Origin: Octopus vulgaris | Lineage: Eukaryota | DNA: 64,000 nucleotides | Direction of reading: 5' to 3' | Assembly: GCA_951406725.2 (NCBI GenBank) | Contig: OX597830.1 | Location: 64,604,001-64,668,000 of the forward strand | In this document: piece after piece, positions 25,985 through 42,506 of the stretch | Layout of the letters: every line of letters begins with the position of its first letter | Numbering within the stretch: position 1 is the first letter of the stretch | Notes under the pieces: generated by a model | What the model saw: only the letters and a program-made list of their open reading frames with translations | What the model was told of the DNA's origin: nothing | Databases searched by the model: none | Program-made: the position numbers and the translations under genes

Positions 25985-26306
25985 GTTGTTGTTGTTGTTG
26001 TTGTTCTTGTTTCTGGGGAGAGTCATATTTCCCTAATGCCTTATTATCTAACACACACCGGTTCGATTCCACTGATTTATTATTTATATTTTTTTCCCAA
26101 ATTTTTCATTGCTTTTGCAACTATGTCAATGGATATTAACTCAATCCGTTATTGGAGCTGCGTTCTATTTTGTGTGTTCATGCGCATGCGTGGACGTCAG
26201 TGTGCATGCATGCTTGTGTATGCACACATATATATATATGTATGCATGTAAGCATGTATGTGTGTGAATGCATTTATGTATGTATTCTGTATATTCATGT
26301 GTTTGT

Positions 26307-26428
26307 GTGTGTGTGAGTGTATGTGTGGGTACCTCTGTCTCCTTGTGTGTGTGAGTGTATGTGTGGGTACCTCTGTCTCCTTGTGTGTGTGAGTGTATGT
26401 GTGGGTACCTCTGTCTCCTTGTGTGTGT
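26307..26428. repeat. 38-bp minisatellite, 3 copies
   Basis: GGTACC recurs at 26328, 26366 and 26404. Confidence 0.9.
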
Positions 26429-26838
26429 ATGTTCAAGTGTGTCTACGTGTATAGGTTTTGTGTATGTACGTGTGTCTGTTATGTATGAATGTGTGTTTCC
26501 ATATACATCTTTGTATGTATGTGTGTGTGTGTGGAGTGTGTATGTATATGATCATGTGTTTCCGTCTCCTTTGGTGTGTATGTGTGTGTGTGCTTGTCTG
26601 TCCGTATTACTTATGTACCTATCTATCTATTAATCTATATATTTATCTGTTTAATTACATATCCATTTACCTATACACACACACGCACAAACACACACAC
26701 ACATATATGTTTGCCTAGATAGCAGCATACTGTTATAATATATACATACATATGTGGGTATATATTATATATATTACGTATATATATTGCGTATCTATAT
26801 ATTATAATATATACATACTTATCTATATATATTTTCTT

Positions 26839-26915
<77 letters not shown>

Positions 26916-26940
26916 CATCATCATCATCATCATCTCATCA

Positions 26941-27001
<61 letters not shown>

Positions 27002-27035
27002 CGTCATCATCATCATCATTATCATCATCATTATT

Positions 27036-27085
<50 letters not shown>

Positions 27086-27789
27086 TATTATTATTATTAT
27101 TATCATTATTATTAATGCCGCCGTGGTCTACTTTGCCTTTCATCCTTTAAGGGGTCGATAAAATGTGCACCATTTGAACACTTGGAGCGGAAGAGTCCGA
27201 TGAAATTGCTGGCGTTCTGCCAAAATTTGAAATCAATCATCATCATCATCGTCATCATCATCATCAGAAACCACTTAGAGTACATTTTATCCCTCCCTTG
27301 TAGCAACTAGTTTATGGTATATCTTTCAGCAACGTTACAGTTGCATTACACTGTAAAATATGTCTCTCGTATTTTTAAATTCCGGAGAGAACATTTAACT
27401 AAGTGTGTTTCTTACATTTATTTTAAAGCGGAATGGCGGACACCGCATCAAACGTGCGCAGTGTTTTGTAACGCTATTTTTGTAGTATGAAGTATCCTGA
27501 TGGCGTCTGGACTTGTACATGTGTAATTCCTCCTATGTTTGTTTTAACTACTCCCCAATGTTCCAGTTACCATGTAAGCACGTAGTCTACATAACAGTCC
27601 TCTTTTCCATCCACACGTGTTATTCATTTATTTTTAAATCTATGTACTTTCATTAAGAAACATCGCAATCTACTACGATGGCGAATCTGCTGACTGGACC
27701 AAGATCGGATTGCATGAGGCTGTGTGGTCAGTGAGTATCAATGAAATATCTGTAAGTATTAGTAATTAATGCCCGATTATGAATGTAAC

Positions 27790-28668
<879 letters not shown>

Positions 28669-28730
28669 GTTTTCTTTATTAACCACAAAGGGTTTACATT
28701 AAGAAAATCGTTATGCACAGTAGAGGACAG

Positions 28731-29152
28731 AGGCTGTGTGGTAAGTAGCTTGCTTACGAACCACATGGTTCCGGGTTCAGTCCCACTGCATGGCACCTTC
28801 GGCAAATGCTTTCTACTATAGCCTCGGCCCGAGCAAAGCCTAGTGAGTGGATTTGGTAGAGGGAACCTGAAAGAAGCCCGTCGTATATATATATACATAT
28901 ATGTATGTATGTATGTATATATATGTGTTTGTGTATATATGTTTTATGTGTCTGTGTTTGTACCCACATCATCGCTTGACAACCGATGTTAGTGTGTTTA
29001 CTTCTTCGTAACTTAGCGATTGGGCAAAATAAACCGATAGAATAAGTATCAAGCTTACAAAGAATAAGTCCTGGGGTCGAGTTGTTCGACTAAAAGCGGT
29101 GCTCCAGCATGGCCGCAGTCAAATGACTGAAACATATAAAAGAATAAAAGAA
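28731..29152 (+). mobile_element. SINE family A
   Basis: Matches 1210-1610. Confidence 0.85.
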
Positions 29153-29384
29153 TAGCACAGGACAGAAACAAAGAATGTGTGTGTGTGTGTATGTGTGTGA
29201 ATATGTATGTTTGTTAATGTGTATGTGTGTGAGAGTGTGTACTTGTGAGGGTTTTGCATGTAAACAAGATTAATATAAGGGGAAAAATTCAACAAAGTGT
29301 AATCCTGAATAGGGAGGAGATTTTCTTGGGCAGCTTATGGAAAAACCGCAGGGCCGGACATAGTAAGCTTTAGGAGGGACAAAT

Positions 29385-29778
29385 AAGAGTGGCTTATAAT
29401 TGACGTGGCTGTGGCAGGAGATCAAGACGTCATCATGAAAGGAAGAGAAAAGGTTGTTAAATATGGAGATCTGAGACTTGAGATCGGTAAGATGTAGCAG
29501 CTACAAGAGTTGATCATAAAGGTTATCCCTAATGTCAACGGAGCATTGGGTTCAATACCACCCAAAATGAAAAAAAAAAAGAAAAATCTGAAAATCTTAG
29601 GAATCCCCTACAATCTAGGCGTATTGCAAAAAATCGATGGAACTTGGAACTGCACGCATATTGCGTAAAGTACTGTCTGTCTGAGGTCTTTGTTGTGATT
29701 TGTCAAACAGAACAAACCCCTGGTAGACACAATATCTTCAATCAACATCCTTACGATATTGTATACTGTGCAACGTCT

Positions 29779-29838
<60 letters not shown>

Positions 29839-29840
29839 TA
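29385..29840 (+). mobile_element. RLE-type non-LTR retrotransposon 3' end with (TAA)n tail
   Basis: IDVAVAGDQDVIMKGREKVVKYGDLRLEI...GALGSIP...LGIPYNLGVLQK...TAHILRKVLSV*, then a short UTR and (TAA)n. Confidence 0.8.
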
Positions 29841-29875
29841 ATAATGGTAGTAGTAGTATTAGTAGTATTAGTAGC

Positions 29876-29939
<64 letters not shown>

Positions 29940-30048
29940 ATGAAAATATTTCAAACTTTGGTTGAACTGGTACTGATTTTATCGACGCTCAAAAGATGAA
30001 AGGTAAGTCGACCTCATCAGAACATTACTACTACCACTGCTGCTGCTG

Positions 30049-30112
<64 letters not shown>

Positions 30113-30312
30113 CAGCTCCACCACCAACAACAACACCACAACCATCCCCACAACCACCACCGTTACCAATAATAATAATACTTATTATTATAATATTAAG
30201 ATGAAGGAGAAGGAAGAGGAGGAGAAGGAGGAGGAGTAAAAGGGAAAAGAGGGGTGTAGATGAAGAAGGACCACAACGTGAATATATTCACAGAAATAGT
30301 ATGCCCAATGAT

Positions 30313-30372
<60 letters not shown>

Positions 30373-30450
30373 CAGATAGGTAGAAAGAGAATGAGAGAGA
30401 GAAGGGGGATAGGGAGAAAGAGGGAGAGGCAGAGAGAGAGAGAGACAGAG

Positions 30451-30507
<57 letters not shown>

Positions 30508-31049
30508 AGTGAATTCAAATCATTTCCAGTCTGTATCCCGTACAAATGACTACAGCATGTCGGAAAGTGATCTATAGTGATCCGCTGCATCGATATATGA
30601 TATGTCTCTAGAGACGGATATTTGGTTATTTAGTTGTGGAACCGTTGCCTCAATTAACACCAACCTTATATTAGAACCCGTAAATTAAGTTACAATTAAT
30701 CTAACTAGAATCCAAACGTATCGCACCGATTGGTCCGGAATCGAAATGGCGATCCTAAAATCGTGAGTGCAACAACTTAACCACTAGACCGTGAGGCAAG
30801 CCTCTCCCAAAGTTGATTCCCTGCGTGTTACTGCAATGGATACTGGAGCATGCTTTTTGGTTGTGTGTCACGCATCACAACACCTTCATTCGATATACAC
30901 ATACATGCATACATGTATACATACATACGGATATACATTACCTTTACATACATGCATACATACATACATGCATACATACAAACATACATACATACATACA
31001 TACATCATACCTACCTACCTACATACATACATACATATACATACAAATA

Positions 31050-31097
<48 letters not shown>

Positions 31098-31269
31098 AAG
31101 CTGTATTTTTTATAAGCGTCGAAATGTGTATTGTCAGATACAAATAAGATGATAATTTATTTGCGATCGTAGACACGCTGTTAGAACAGCAGAATTATTG
31201 GGTAAATTACCTTCCTAACAAAGCGGAAAAATTTGTCAACAAACAATTCTCTCTCTCCTCCTCCTCCTC

Positions 31270-31334
<65 letters not shown>

Positions 31335-31441
31335 CTATGTATGTATGTGTATATATATGTATATATATATACATATACACATATTATATATATATATATA
31401 TATACATATATATCAAGGCGTCTGTATGCGCGCGCGCGTGT

Positions 31442-31472
<31 letters not shown>

Positions 31473-31518
31473 CGCGTGTATATGCATGTATGTATATATA
31501 TATATATATGTACGTATA

Positions 31519-31741
31519 CGAGGGCGGGGTGCTGAAAATGTCCTAGCTTGAGGTAAACGAAAATACAGGAGGATCAGTTAATCATCGTCTTATTCAACAT
31601 ATTCCCGTTCTCAGATTCCCACGCTTATAGCAGAGGTCTTTGAGTTTTTCTAAGCCCTGTAAAAGAACTTGAGAGGTTGGGCCTCCAGCTAAGCCATTCG
31701 AGATTCACACACAAAACAAAAAAGATTTTCAGCACCCCTCG
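31519..31741. mobile_element. Mariner-derived MITE
   Basis: TA-CGAGGG..GGGGTGCTGAAAA ... TTTTCAGCACCCCTCG-TA; 223 bp. Confidence 0.75.
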
Positions 31742-31780
31742 TAGATACATATATATGTATGTTTCTATATATGTATATTT

Positions 31781-32128
31781 GGAGGCGCAACGGCCCATGG
31801 TTTGTGCAGGGGACTTACGGTAGTGGGATCGCAGTTTCGATTCCTAGACCAGGCATTGTGAGTGTTTATTGAGCGAAGACACCTAAAGCTCCACGACGCT
31901 CCAGCAGGGGTTGGTGGCGAGCCTTGCTGTACTCTTTTGCCACAACTTTCTCTCTCTCTGTCTTCCCGTTTCTGTTGTATCTCTATTTGAAAGGGCCAGC
32001 CTTGTCACACTCTGCGTCACGTTGAATCTCTCCGGGAACTACGTTAAGGGTACACGTTAATTTCACGAGCAGGCTGTTCCGTTGATCGGATCAACTGGAA
32101 CACTCGTCGTCGTAACCGACGGTGTACG
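31781..32128 (+). mobile_element. SINE family B, diverged
   Basis: Matches 7762-8149 with an internal deletion. Confidence 0.85.
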
Positions 32129-32239
32129 ACAAATATGTATATATATGCCTTTGTGTATCTGTGTGTATGCGTGTGTGTGTGTGTGTATGTGTGTGTGTGT
32201 GTGTGTGTTTAAAGCGATGTAACTAAATTTTATAAGGAA

Positions 32240-32540
32240 CTAGCAGTATCGCCCGGCGTTGCTCGGGTTTGTAAGGGAAATAACTATATAAGCATTTTTA
32301 GAGAGTTACTTCCCTTATATAATAGCAAAAAATGCATTAAAAATGGGAAAAAATGATGGTAAATATTTTTTTAAATCGTAGACTCATCGTAGACGCGCGC
32401 TAATACCCAGAAGGGCTCGATATGAATCACGACTATAAGATACCTGGTTTTGGTTAAACTGCACCGCAAAATGTGGGAGTAGTTAGGAATCTAAATCGTA
32501 GGAGACAGACAGCACACAACCTCTCTTTTATATATACAGA
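32240..32540 (-). mobile_element. Non-autonomous Helitron, 301 bp
   Basis: Minus strand A|TCTGTATATATAAAA ... CCCGAGCAACGCCGGG hairpin ... CTAG|T; canonical termini, no TSD. Confidence 0.88.
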
Positions 32541-32931
32541 TTAGCAAGAAGCACTTTAAGCATCACCACCACCACATTTTAATCGCCATTAAATGTAGAA
32601 GAAGAAGATGATTTTGGTGAAAGAAGAAATAATGACGAATTTCATTCAGAAGAACACAAGTTACAAAGAAAAAAATGGTAACATCTTGCCCAGTCTGGAA
32701 CGTTGGAAGCGAGCAGCATTGTTTCAGTCGCAGACAGCTGGATGCTATTATATATAAGTGTGTGTGTTTATTTATTATATCTGAGAGGCACGAGAGTTCT
32801 TGGTGGAAGGAGAGTGTGTACTGGCAGGTGCGCGTCGAGTGCAGCGCTCTCATACACTCACCACTCACACTCATATATATGTATATGCCTATGCATATGT
32901 ATATGTATACATATATATTACATATATATAT

Positions 32932-32964
<33 letters not shown>

Positions 32965-33025
32965 GTGTATGTATATATATGCATACATTCATACATACGA
33001 ACATTGATATATATGTTTATATATG

Positions 33026-33073
<48 letters not shown>

Positions 33074-33153
33074 TATATATATATACATGTATGAACCCAT
33101 ATACGTATATATACATGTGTATGTCTGCGCGTTTATACAAACACACATACACT

Positions 33154-33233
<80 letters not shown>

Positions 33234-33539
33234 CATATATGTATACATTCGTATATGTATATATCTATATGTTTATCTATTCAAGTGTAAACACACACAC
33301 ACATACACACACACACATACACACACACACATAACACATACCTACAAAAACTATATACATACCCATTTAACGCCCGATCTAATGCCTCGCAGTATTTAGT
33401 TACATCGTTGAGTTCAAATCCCGCCACAGTTGGCTTTCATCCAAATGAGGGCCGGAGCATGGGGTGGGGGGTACGACAAAATAAATAATAGTCCAGTGCT
33501 GGAGACACACCCCAATAATTTGTGCTCTGCCTGTCATCG

Positions 33540-33937
33540 CCGTCGTAGTCCTCGTTGTTGTAATCATCATCATTATCACAATCATCACCATCGTCTTTAT
33601 GATGATGATGATGATCATCATCCTCATCATCATCGTCAACACCATCATAATCATTATCGTCATTGTGGTCGTAGTTGTATTCGTCGTCGTTATCGTCATC
33701 ACGAAGACAACCGTTACACCTACCACCGCCTGAAACACGACCATCACCATCTTCATCTTCCTCTTCCTCCTCTTCCTCGTCCGCGTCCTCCTCCACCTCC
33801 TCCTCTTCCTCCTTCCCCTTCTCCTCCTCCACCACCTCCTCCTCTCCACCACCTCCTCCTCCTCCACCACCACTTCCTCCTCCTCCTCCTCTTCCTACTC
33901 CACATCATCATCATCATCACCATCATCCTCACCAACG

Positions 33938-34014
<77 letters not shown>

Positions 34015-34040
34015 ATCATCATTGTCATGATCATCATCAG
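33540..34040. repeat. (CAT/CCT/CGT)n low-complexity tract
   Basis: Direct reading. Confidence 0.9.
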
Positions 34041-34559
34041 CGGCAGCATTGATATTACTTATATACTTGATTAGGTCGAGCGACAGCTGGGATGCCTGGA
34101 GGTATTTCTTTTCTCACCGTTATCTTCTGCGTTCAAATTGCGCCAAGGACAAACCTCGCATTTCATTCCCTTGGGGACAATAAGCTAAGTAGTTGTTGTT
34201 ATTATCGTTTAGCACTATGTTAGATCATATAGAACAGCATCCATCCTGGCGCTTTACTTGTATTGCTGTCGGTCATAACCTTTGCTATTTCAGAAGTGAA
34301 ATTCGAATTCTCGCACCTTTCCAACTTCTCGAAGCCGACGTAAAGGAAAGCCTGATGTTTCCAGTCCATTCTTACTAATTGTTAGTCCGAGCGCTGTAAA
34401 AATACTGCAACCATCTCATAGATCAGATGCCATACCCCATCTGCCTCCCATTCAAAGATAATGTTGTGGTCTATCTACCACGAAGCTCCTCTACCAAGAA
34501 GTCTCTTTGCCAAGAAGTGTCTTTGCCAAGAGGCACCCCTGCCATGTAGCACTTCTGCC

Positions 34560-35330
34560 TCGAAGGGCCCACCCAACGGCTTTATAACTCCCGTATCTTA
34601 GTGCACGCTCTTTAGTTCGAACAACGAAGTCATTGTGTTTAGTTTCGAAGAATTTGGCGCTCGTCATTTTCATCGCCGCCATTTCGGTTGCGTGGTATTT
34701 TTTAACAGGCCCTTCAAAGCTAGTCACTAACAACACCCTTACACTTTCTACTGCAACGGCCTTATATCTTACCGTTCCTAATTTTCCTCTTTAGGTCAAT
34801 GTACTACCTTTTATGTAAAATTTCGCCTACAAAATCTCACTTAGCTCTTTAATATAGTTCCTTTAGATTTTGTATACTGTAAACAAAGTGTCTAGCTTCC
34901 ATCAATAACGTTCTGTTTATGTGTTGCAATGTATTGATCGAAAGCCTGTGGCCTTTGTGTTAAACGAACCGTAAGTTTGATCAACTTTTTTATTATCCCA
35001 AGTCACTCTTCTGAAAAATGCCATAATATCTGGATGACTATCTTTGATTTGCACAAGCCGACATTAAGACATCCAGATTACCCTGTCGGTATCTGTTATA
35101 CACTTGGAAATATCTTATTGGTTTAAAGTTCAAATTACACATGTTCCTCCAAAATTCTTGTTGAATCCGATGCCCTCTGCGCTTAATATACTGTTCATGT
35201 CCTTCCTAATACTAACTAGCTAGATGTACCAAAAAATATCTCCAGTGCCAGAGGAAATCCGGTCATCAGCTCCAGACACCCTCTTAATTATTGTCACTAG
35301 CTACAGGGATCTTCATAAGTATCATTATCT
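34560..35330 (+). pseudogene. Possible highly decayed LINE APE-endonuclease remnant
   Basis: YLSARSL...IAAISVAW and NAIISG resemble N(A/I)RSL, I.ETW and GDFN motifs in the right order; weak. Confidence 0.3.
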
Positions 35331-36491
35331 CAATCCATGGAGATAATTCTTGCTCTTTTGTTACATTATCTGAATTTTATGAGCCTACTTAAGCCATCTT
35401 CTGCTACCATTTTTTGTAAGCAGAAATCCTAAAAGTGGTTTCTCCTTAACGCCAGGTAACTGAGGTTTTTGCCCATTGCCAACAATAGGTCTGCTGAATA
35501 TCCTTTCTGCCCTCACAATATATTCTTATATCCGAAATTATTTTACGGTTTTCGAAGTGCATAGTCCTTGAAGGCCCAAACAGATCACAGCCGACTGAGT
35601 GTTGTTGCGGGTAACTCTGACACTCACCTCTTCCGCTTTTACTCAGCAGCGAAAAATAACAATGATCCAAGGGTTAACAAAGACGCCAACGTCTCTAAGC
35701 TGGATATTATTATTGTTATTCTTTCGCCTACATATCATGGTATTAACTTGGGCTCAGGTGTGAAGGCTGTTACCACAGATATTCTCATAAACACTAAGAT
35801 TGTTCACGCGGTTTTTATTAATTAAAATCAACATAATTTCTTAGTGTGCATTTGTTTGTATTTGAGTTCGCCCCTCTGCCCATTTGTTTATCTGTTACAT
35901 CATCTGATTTCTTTGTATTTTTTCAAGAATACGAGAATCTGCTTTTGTTGAGTGGAAGGGTGTGGCTCTTTGCTTTTCTTTTAAGCATCGTAACTTCTAT
36001 TCCTGCTATAACAGTCACTGCCACTTATCACAGCTAAAGTCACCAAGCTGGAAAAAGGGAAAATGCAAATGGCCGCATGCCAGGAAAAACACAGTCAAAC
36101 AAGCAATGCTAAAACGACCTATTTTCAACTTCCTCTCCATCCAGAATGGATTACAGATATAATAAATTTAAGTTTACACCTTCAATAAGTAACCCCACGA
36201 GAGATAGAAAACAAAAATTTCTTTTAAGTAATCCAAATAAAACTCCTTTCGAGGTTTGGGCTAGGTTGTTAATATTAAAGAAAACACGATAAATAATACA
36301 ACCGGTTGTAGTATATATGTGGTTAGCATACATACTATCCATGTGTAGCTGCGTATGGCTAGATAATAGCCAGCAGCTAGTTGATTAGATTAACTTAATC
36401 ATATGTAGATATGGTAAGATTAATTGATAACATATAGTTAACGGTAAGAGAAATAGACTGGTACATGAATGTACTAATAGATCGACTAATA

Positions 36492-36537
<46 letters not shown>

Positions 36538-36543
36538 TATATA

Positions 36544-36588
<45 letters not shown>

Positions 36589-37269
36589 TACATACATACA
36601 TGCATACATAAGTAGATAGATAAGTACGTAGGTAGATGATACGGAGGACTTCCATATAGCATTGAAGGAGCTAGGAGGTAAAGCAAGCAACCTTCCAGGT
36701 ACCATATATCTAACGTCGGCCTCCACACGATCCAGGTCTGCAGCTTGATCACAGAAAAGATGTGTAGGATGGCATTTCGAACGAATACCTGATCGCTAGT
36801 TTTGTAATGGTTGATCAGATATCAGTGATAAATAAGCCATCTTCATCTTTATCCAGCGTATTCCTAGTGATGGAGTTTGGGAATCCCTTGGAATAGATGT
36901 TAGTTACAGATGGAATCTCTTTGTCCCTAGAATCTGTCCTGTTCACAAGAAGCGAAAGAGCATGCGCACCTATGTAGTCAGGCCTCTGTACATTACCGCT
37001 TAAGAAAAGCTTCCTCATAGCTGATATACTTGCTAAACTGGCTACACTACTCCTTGCCTCTTCCCAGATTTTGCATTTTAACCACGCTTCGAGTAGGTTA
37101 ATTGAACACCCGGTTGAACAATAGAAGCTACATCAGCCAAGAAGGGACTGGCTTCACAAGGTCTCGAGCTGCGAACCAACTGACTTCTTCTGGTTGGTAC
37201 GTGCACTCGTAAGCTCCTGATAATTTTTCAGTGTATTGCCAATCACCACGGTTATCTAAGCGTGTGGTG

Positions 37270-39205
37270 AAATTCTAGGAGAGGCAGATATTAACAGAGG
37301 AATTTCCCAAGGGAACAGTCTATCTTCCAGCTTATTTATCATCTGCATGATATCTGTATCGAATGTTCTAAGAGAGATGCATGTAGGGTGTACTGTTAGC
37401 AATGAGAAAATAAACAACTCGTTTATGTATGACCTAAAGCTTAAAAAAAAAATGAGTGAGAAATTGGTAGATTGATGTCAACCGTTCAGGTAATTAGCAA
37501 GGTTTTTGGAATGGAATTCGCGATCGAAAAGTGTAGAGTAATGATACTAAAAAGAGAAAGAGTTAGTAAGAACCAAGCTGGAAGGAGATGAAACTATAAA
37601 GAAGTTGGAGAAGAATGGTGTAAATACCTGGGTATTATTGAAAGTGATTAAACAAATGAGGTAAAACAAATGAGAGTTTTCAGAAAAGAGCATCTGAGGA
37701 GGACCCATTTGTGCTACAGGGCGAGCTAAATGGGTGGAATATGATCAAAGCAATTAAAAACTAGAGCTGTCCCTTTGATGAAATATAGGACATGAGTTAT
37801 ATTTTGCAAGAAGGATGAATTACAAGAAATTGGTCAAAGACTAATGGCAGTGAACAAGGAACTAAGCCCTCGGAGTGATGTGGCAAGATTTTATGTAAAG
37901 AGGAATAAAGTAGATTAGTGAACTATGAGACTTGTGTAACAGAAGAGAACAGCTTTGCATGATATGTCAAGGGCACTAAATGTGGTGGAAGCACTCCGTC
38001 GGTTACGACGACGAGGGTTCCAGTTGATCCGAATCAACGGAACAGCCTGCTCGTGAAATTAACGTGTAAGTGGCTGAGCACTCCGCCGACACGTGTACCC
38101 TTAACGTAGTTCTCGGGGATATTCAGCGTGACACAGAGAGTGACAAGGCCGGCCCTTTGAAATACAGGTACAACAGAAACAAGAAGTAAGAGTGAGAGAA
38201 AGTTGTTGTCAAAGAGTAGAGCAGGAATCACCACCATCCCCTGCCGGAGCCTCGTGGAGCTTTTAGGTGTTTTCGTTCAATAAACACTCACAACGCCCGG
38301 TCTGGGAATCGAAACCGCGATCCTATGACCGCGAGTCCGCTGCCCTAACCACTGGGCCATTGAGATGTTTGAAGAGATGCAAATGTTGGGAAGCTTAAAA
38401 GTGAATGACACAGTAGACCCAAGACAGTTTAAGTCAGACCAGAAAAGAAAATAGGAGGAAGCTTGGTATGACAAGAAAATGCACAATTAGATCTTTACGG
38501 TTAGAGTTGAGATTGACTGGAATAAGACCTGCAATGTCTGCAGAAGGGCGACTCAAAAGACTGCCCTGAGGCATTAGTTTGTTGTACTCAACCATAAACA
38601 GGACCTCTGAACGAATCATGCCAAGTGGCATTTTGATAAAAAGCACTGACTCACACAATGTAGAATGTGTTCTGGAAAGGGAGGAAGCGTAAGCCACATT
38701 GACAGAGAGTGCAGTAAGCACGAACTGCGCGAATAATAAAAGGAGACAAGACAACATGGCCAGATATCTGCACAGGCAGCTGTGTGATAAAACAATTATT
38801 GAGAGAGTGCAGCGATGGTATGAGCACAAGCCAAAGGATTACTGGAAAAGGAACAATATAGAGCCCATACAATGTGACGAGGTCATAGAGTCGAGACGGC
38901 CAGATATCGTATTTATCGATAAAGTTGAAAAAGAGGCTAAGACCATAGATAGCAGGTGATTCGAAGGTGAAAGATAAAGAGCTAAAAATGATGGAGAAAT
39001 ACCAGCAATTAAGGGACGAGAGAGGAAGACTTTGGAGTATGAGGAAAGTGGCTATAATTCAGGAAGTGATTCGAACGTTGGGTGCTGTCTCTAACAAGTT
39101 TGAAAAGCACATCGAGAATATTGGTGTTATTATCAGGCTTTAAGTGATCCAGCCAGCAGGTTTGTTAAGTACAATTCGTATCCTAAAGAAAGACTTGTCT
39201 CTTTG
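37270..39205 (+). mobile_element. Decayed RLE-type non-LTR retrotransposon with nested SINE
   Basis: RGISQGNSLSSSLF, FMYDLKL, FGMEFAIEKC, KYLGII, PRSDVARFYVKR, KRRQDNMARYLHRQLC, SRRPDIVFIDK, IRILKKDLSL*. Confidence 0.85.
37991..38361 (-). mobile_element. SINE family B
   Basis: Near-identical reverse complement of 7770-8142. Confidence 0.9.
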
Positions 39206-39659
39206 AAGCACAGGAGATAGTCTTATTCGAAACCCTTGGAAATGCGTTAGTGTCTGCTTTCAAGTAAACAGTGTCAAAGAAAAAGGAAATATTATCATAT
39301 ATTCTTACGCATAAGATCGCAGATGTTTCTAAATGCGAATAACGTGGCTTAAATCAAACTCCAGGACTTGAGAGGAGCGTATTTTTTATCAACCCCTTTG
39401 GTTTGAAAGAAAAAAAGTTTACTCTAATGTAGTTAGTACACAGATTTTAAGCTTAGCCTATTAACAAAATATAAAATAACCATATCATATTTTCTTTATT
39501 TTGCTCATATTGTATATCAGACGACTGGGTCAACATATTTTGAAGGGGATCAATTTTCGTCTATTTTGTATATATTGCTACAAATTAAATATTATATTGC
39601 CGCTAAATTACATATTCCATTGCCACCAATTAAATATTTAAATGCCCCTAATTAAGTGT

Positions 39660-39910
<251 letters not shown>

Positions 39911-39970
39911 ATTTATTAAATACATTACATCGCATTAGAAAAATTATATAAGTTTGATTATATGGGAGAT

Positions 39971-40001
<31 letters not shown>

Positions 40002-40100
40002 ACATTTTGATGTGTTTCCGTTTCTAACTCTCTTTCTCTGTCCCTTTCGCACTCTGTATTTGAATATATATGTGTGTGTATATACATTTATATATATATA

Positions 40101-40159
<59 letters not shown>

Positions 40160-40464
40160 ATATATATGTATATATATATATATACATATATATGTGTGTA
40201 TGTATATATATATATATATATATGTATATATGTACATGTATATATATATATATGTATATGTATGTATATATATATATATATAAGTATATGTATATATATA
40301 TTAACACTTCGATGCTGGAACATAATTCCTAACCCTGAACAGATTAGTCAAACCGATTAAAAAACAAGCTGAGTCTAACTGTTAAAGAATTAAGGATAAA
40401 ATTAGACTACTTGATAGACACGTTCAAAGATGGAAACACAGAGAGACAAAGACATGCGGGCAGT

Positions 40465-40515
<51 letters not shown>

Positions 40516-40543
40516 CTGTTTATCTATCTAACCTCCTCCACCA

Positions 40544-40597
<54 letters not shown>

Positions 40598-40607
40598 GCA
40601 CAAACAT

Positions 40608-40683
<76 letters not shown>

Positions 40684-40818
40684 GTATCGAGAAATTGATG
40701 TAGATTAGTGTAAGCAAGCGAGAGAAGGAAGAATATATTTGATACAAGAATTACAGCCATTGAGCACTTGGAGCAGAAATTTCATCTTCTCTTCTAATTT
40801 CCCGATGTCGGTATATAT

Positions 40819-40940
<122 letters not shown>

Positions 40941-41071
40941 ATGTATATATGCACACATGTATGTATATCTATATATGCATATATATATATATATATATAT
41001 ATATACGTACATACAATTATATATACAATATATATATATATGAGTGTGTGTGTGTAAATGTTTATGTTTAC

Positions 41072-41102
<31 letters not shown>

Positions 41103-41280
41103 TATGGTTATCCACACACGTGCACACACATTCATACACACATATATAAATAGATGGATGGATGGTTAACAAAATATCTTTCATTGTACAGCACATATAC
41201 ATATATTCATATATATATACATACATATGTATATATATATATACATGTACTTGTGTACATATATATACATATACATGTGC

Positions 41281-41314
<34 letters not shown>

Positions 41315-42264
41315 CTGTGTGTCTACATACATATATGTGTGTGTTTGTGTGTGTGTTCATGTGTGAGTGTGTGTGTGTGCATACATATATGTTCTCTCAA
41401 TGGTTTCGATTCCTGTAATATTAGCAGAATTTCTAATGTTAATAATCGAATTTGACGGTTTCAAGTTTAATACTTATGGACGCCAGTTCTATTCTTTTCA
41501 AGAAGCAATCAATGTAATTGAAATGCCGATATTACTAATTAAACTTCTCGTCTTGAAAATCGGTGAATCAGTAGCTTTTATGCTACGTCAACCTACCCTA
41601 ATCTCATCATGCATTTCTTACATTGCAACTAGCAAAATGTGCCTATTCCAATACGTTGCTAGATCATCTTTTCTCAATCACATCACGTACTTCAACTGAC
41701 ACACGGTTTAAGCAAACGTTTGAACCTATATCGCCAGGTCAGCGGATTGCAATCCCATCATGCACTTCGATTAGCGCTTATTGAGATGTGGAGCTATATG
41801 GAAAATAGTTTATTTCGGTTGCTTTTTTCTTCTTTTTTATTAATCCGATATAACACTTCACACTTTGCGTTATGGATGGTGAAGGGGTTAAACGACGGAA
41901 CCAGGTCAAAGAAATCGTTCTCGATCCCATCATGCACTTCACCTGTTTCACAAGATGGTGGAAAAATAAGTTCGGTGCATTTTATTTGGTAGTCAGTAAT
42001 GTCGAGATAATGCGTTGTTAATCGGCGATTTTCCTTTTTGGAATGAAGAAATCAAAGCGACAAGTCAGTGACCGGGCCGGAGTTTTAAAGATTTTTCGAG
42101 AAATGATGAATTGAGCGGGAAGAGAGAGAAGGGCGATTGAGAGAAAGAGCAAGAGAGCGAGTGAGAAAAAGGGTTTTTAGAACAAGAGGAGCGATAGAAA
42201 GACTAAATATTTGATAGCTCGGTAGAAACGATGTGTTAATTTAGAATATAAAGACATCAACATT

Positions 42265-42323
<59 letters not shown>

Positions 42324-42351
42324 CTATATCTATCTATCTATCTATCTATCC

Positions 42352-42396
<45 letters not shown>

Positions 42397-42453
42397 CCTA
42401 CCTACCTACCTATTTATACATCCCTCTCTCTATATATTATATATATATACATG

Positions 42454-42506
<53 letters not shown>

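Noticed and set aside
36660-37260. Complex sequence upstream of the RLE element, including a 67-aa ORF
   Set aside because: Could not be assigned to any family by eye.
41367-41992. 110-aa and 90-aa ORFs
   Set aside because: Non-ATG starts, AT-rich, no recognisable domain.
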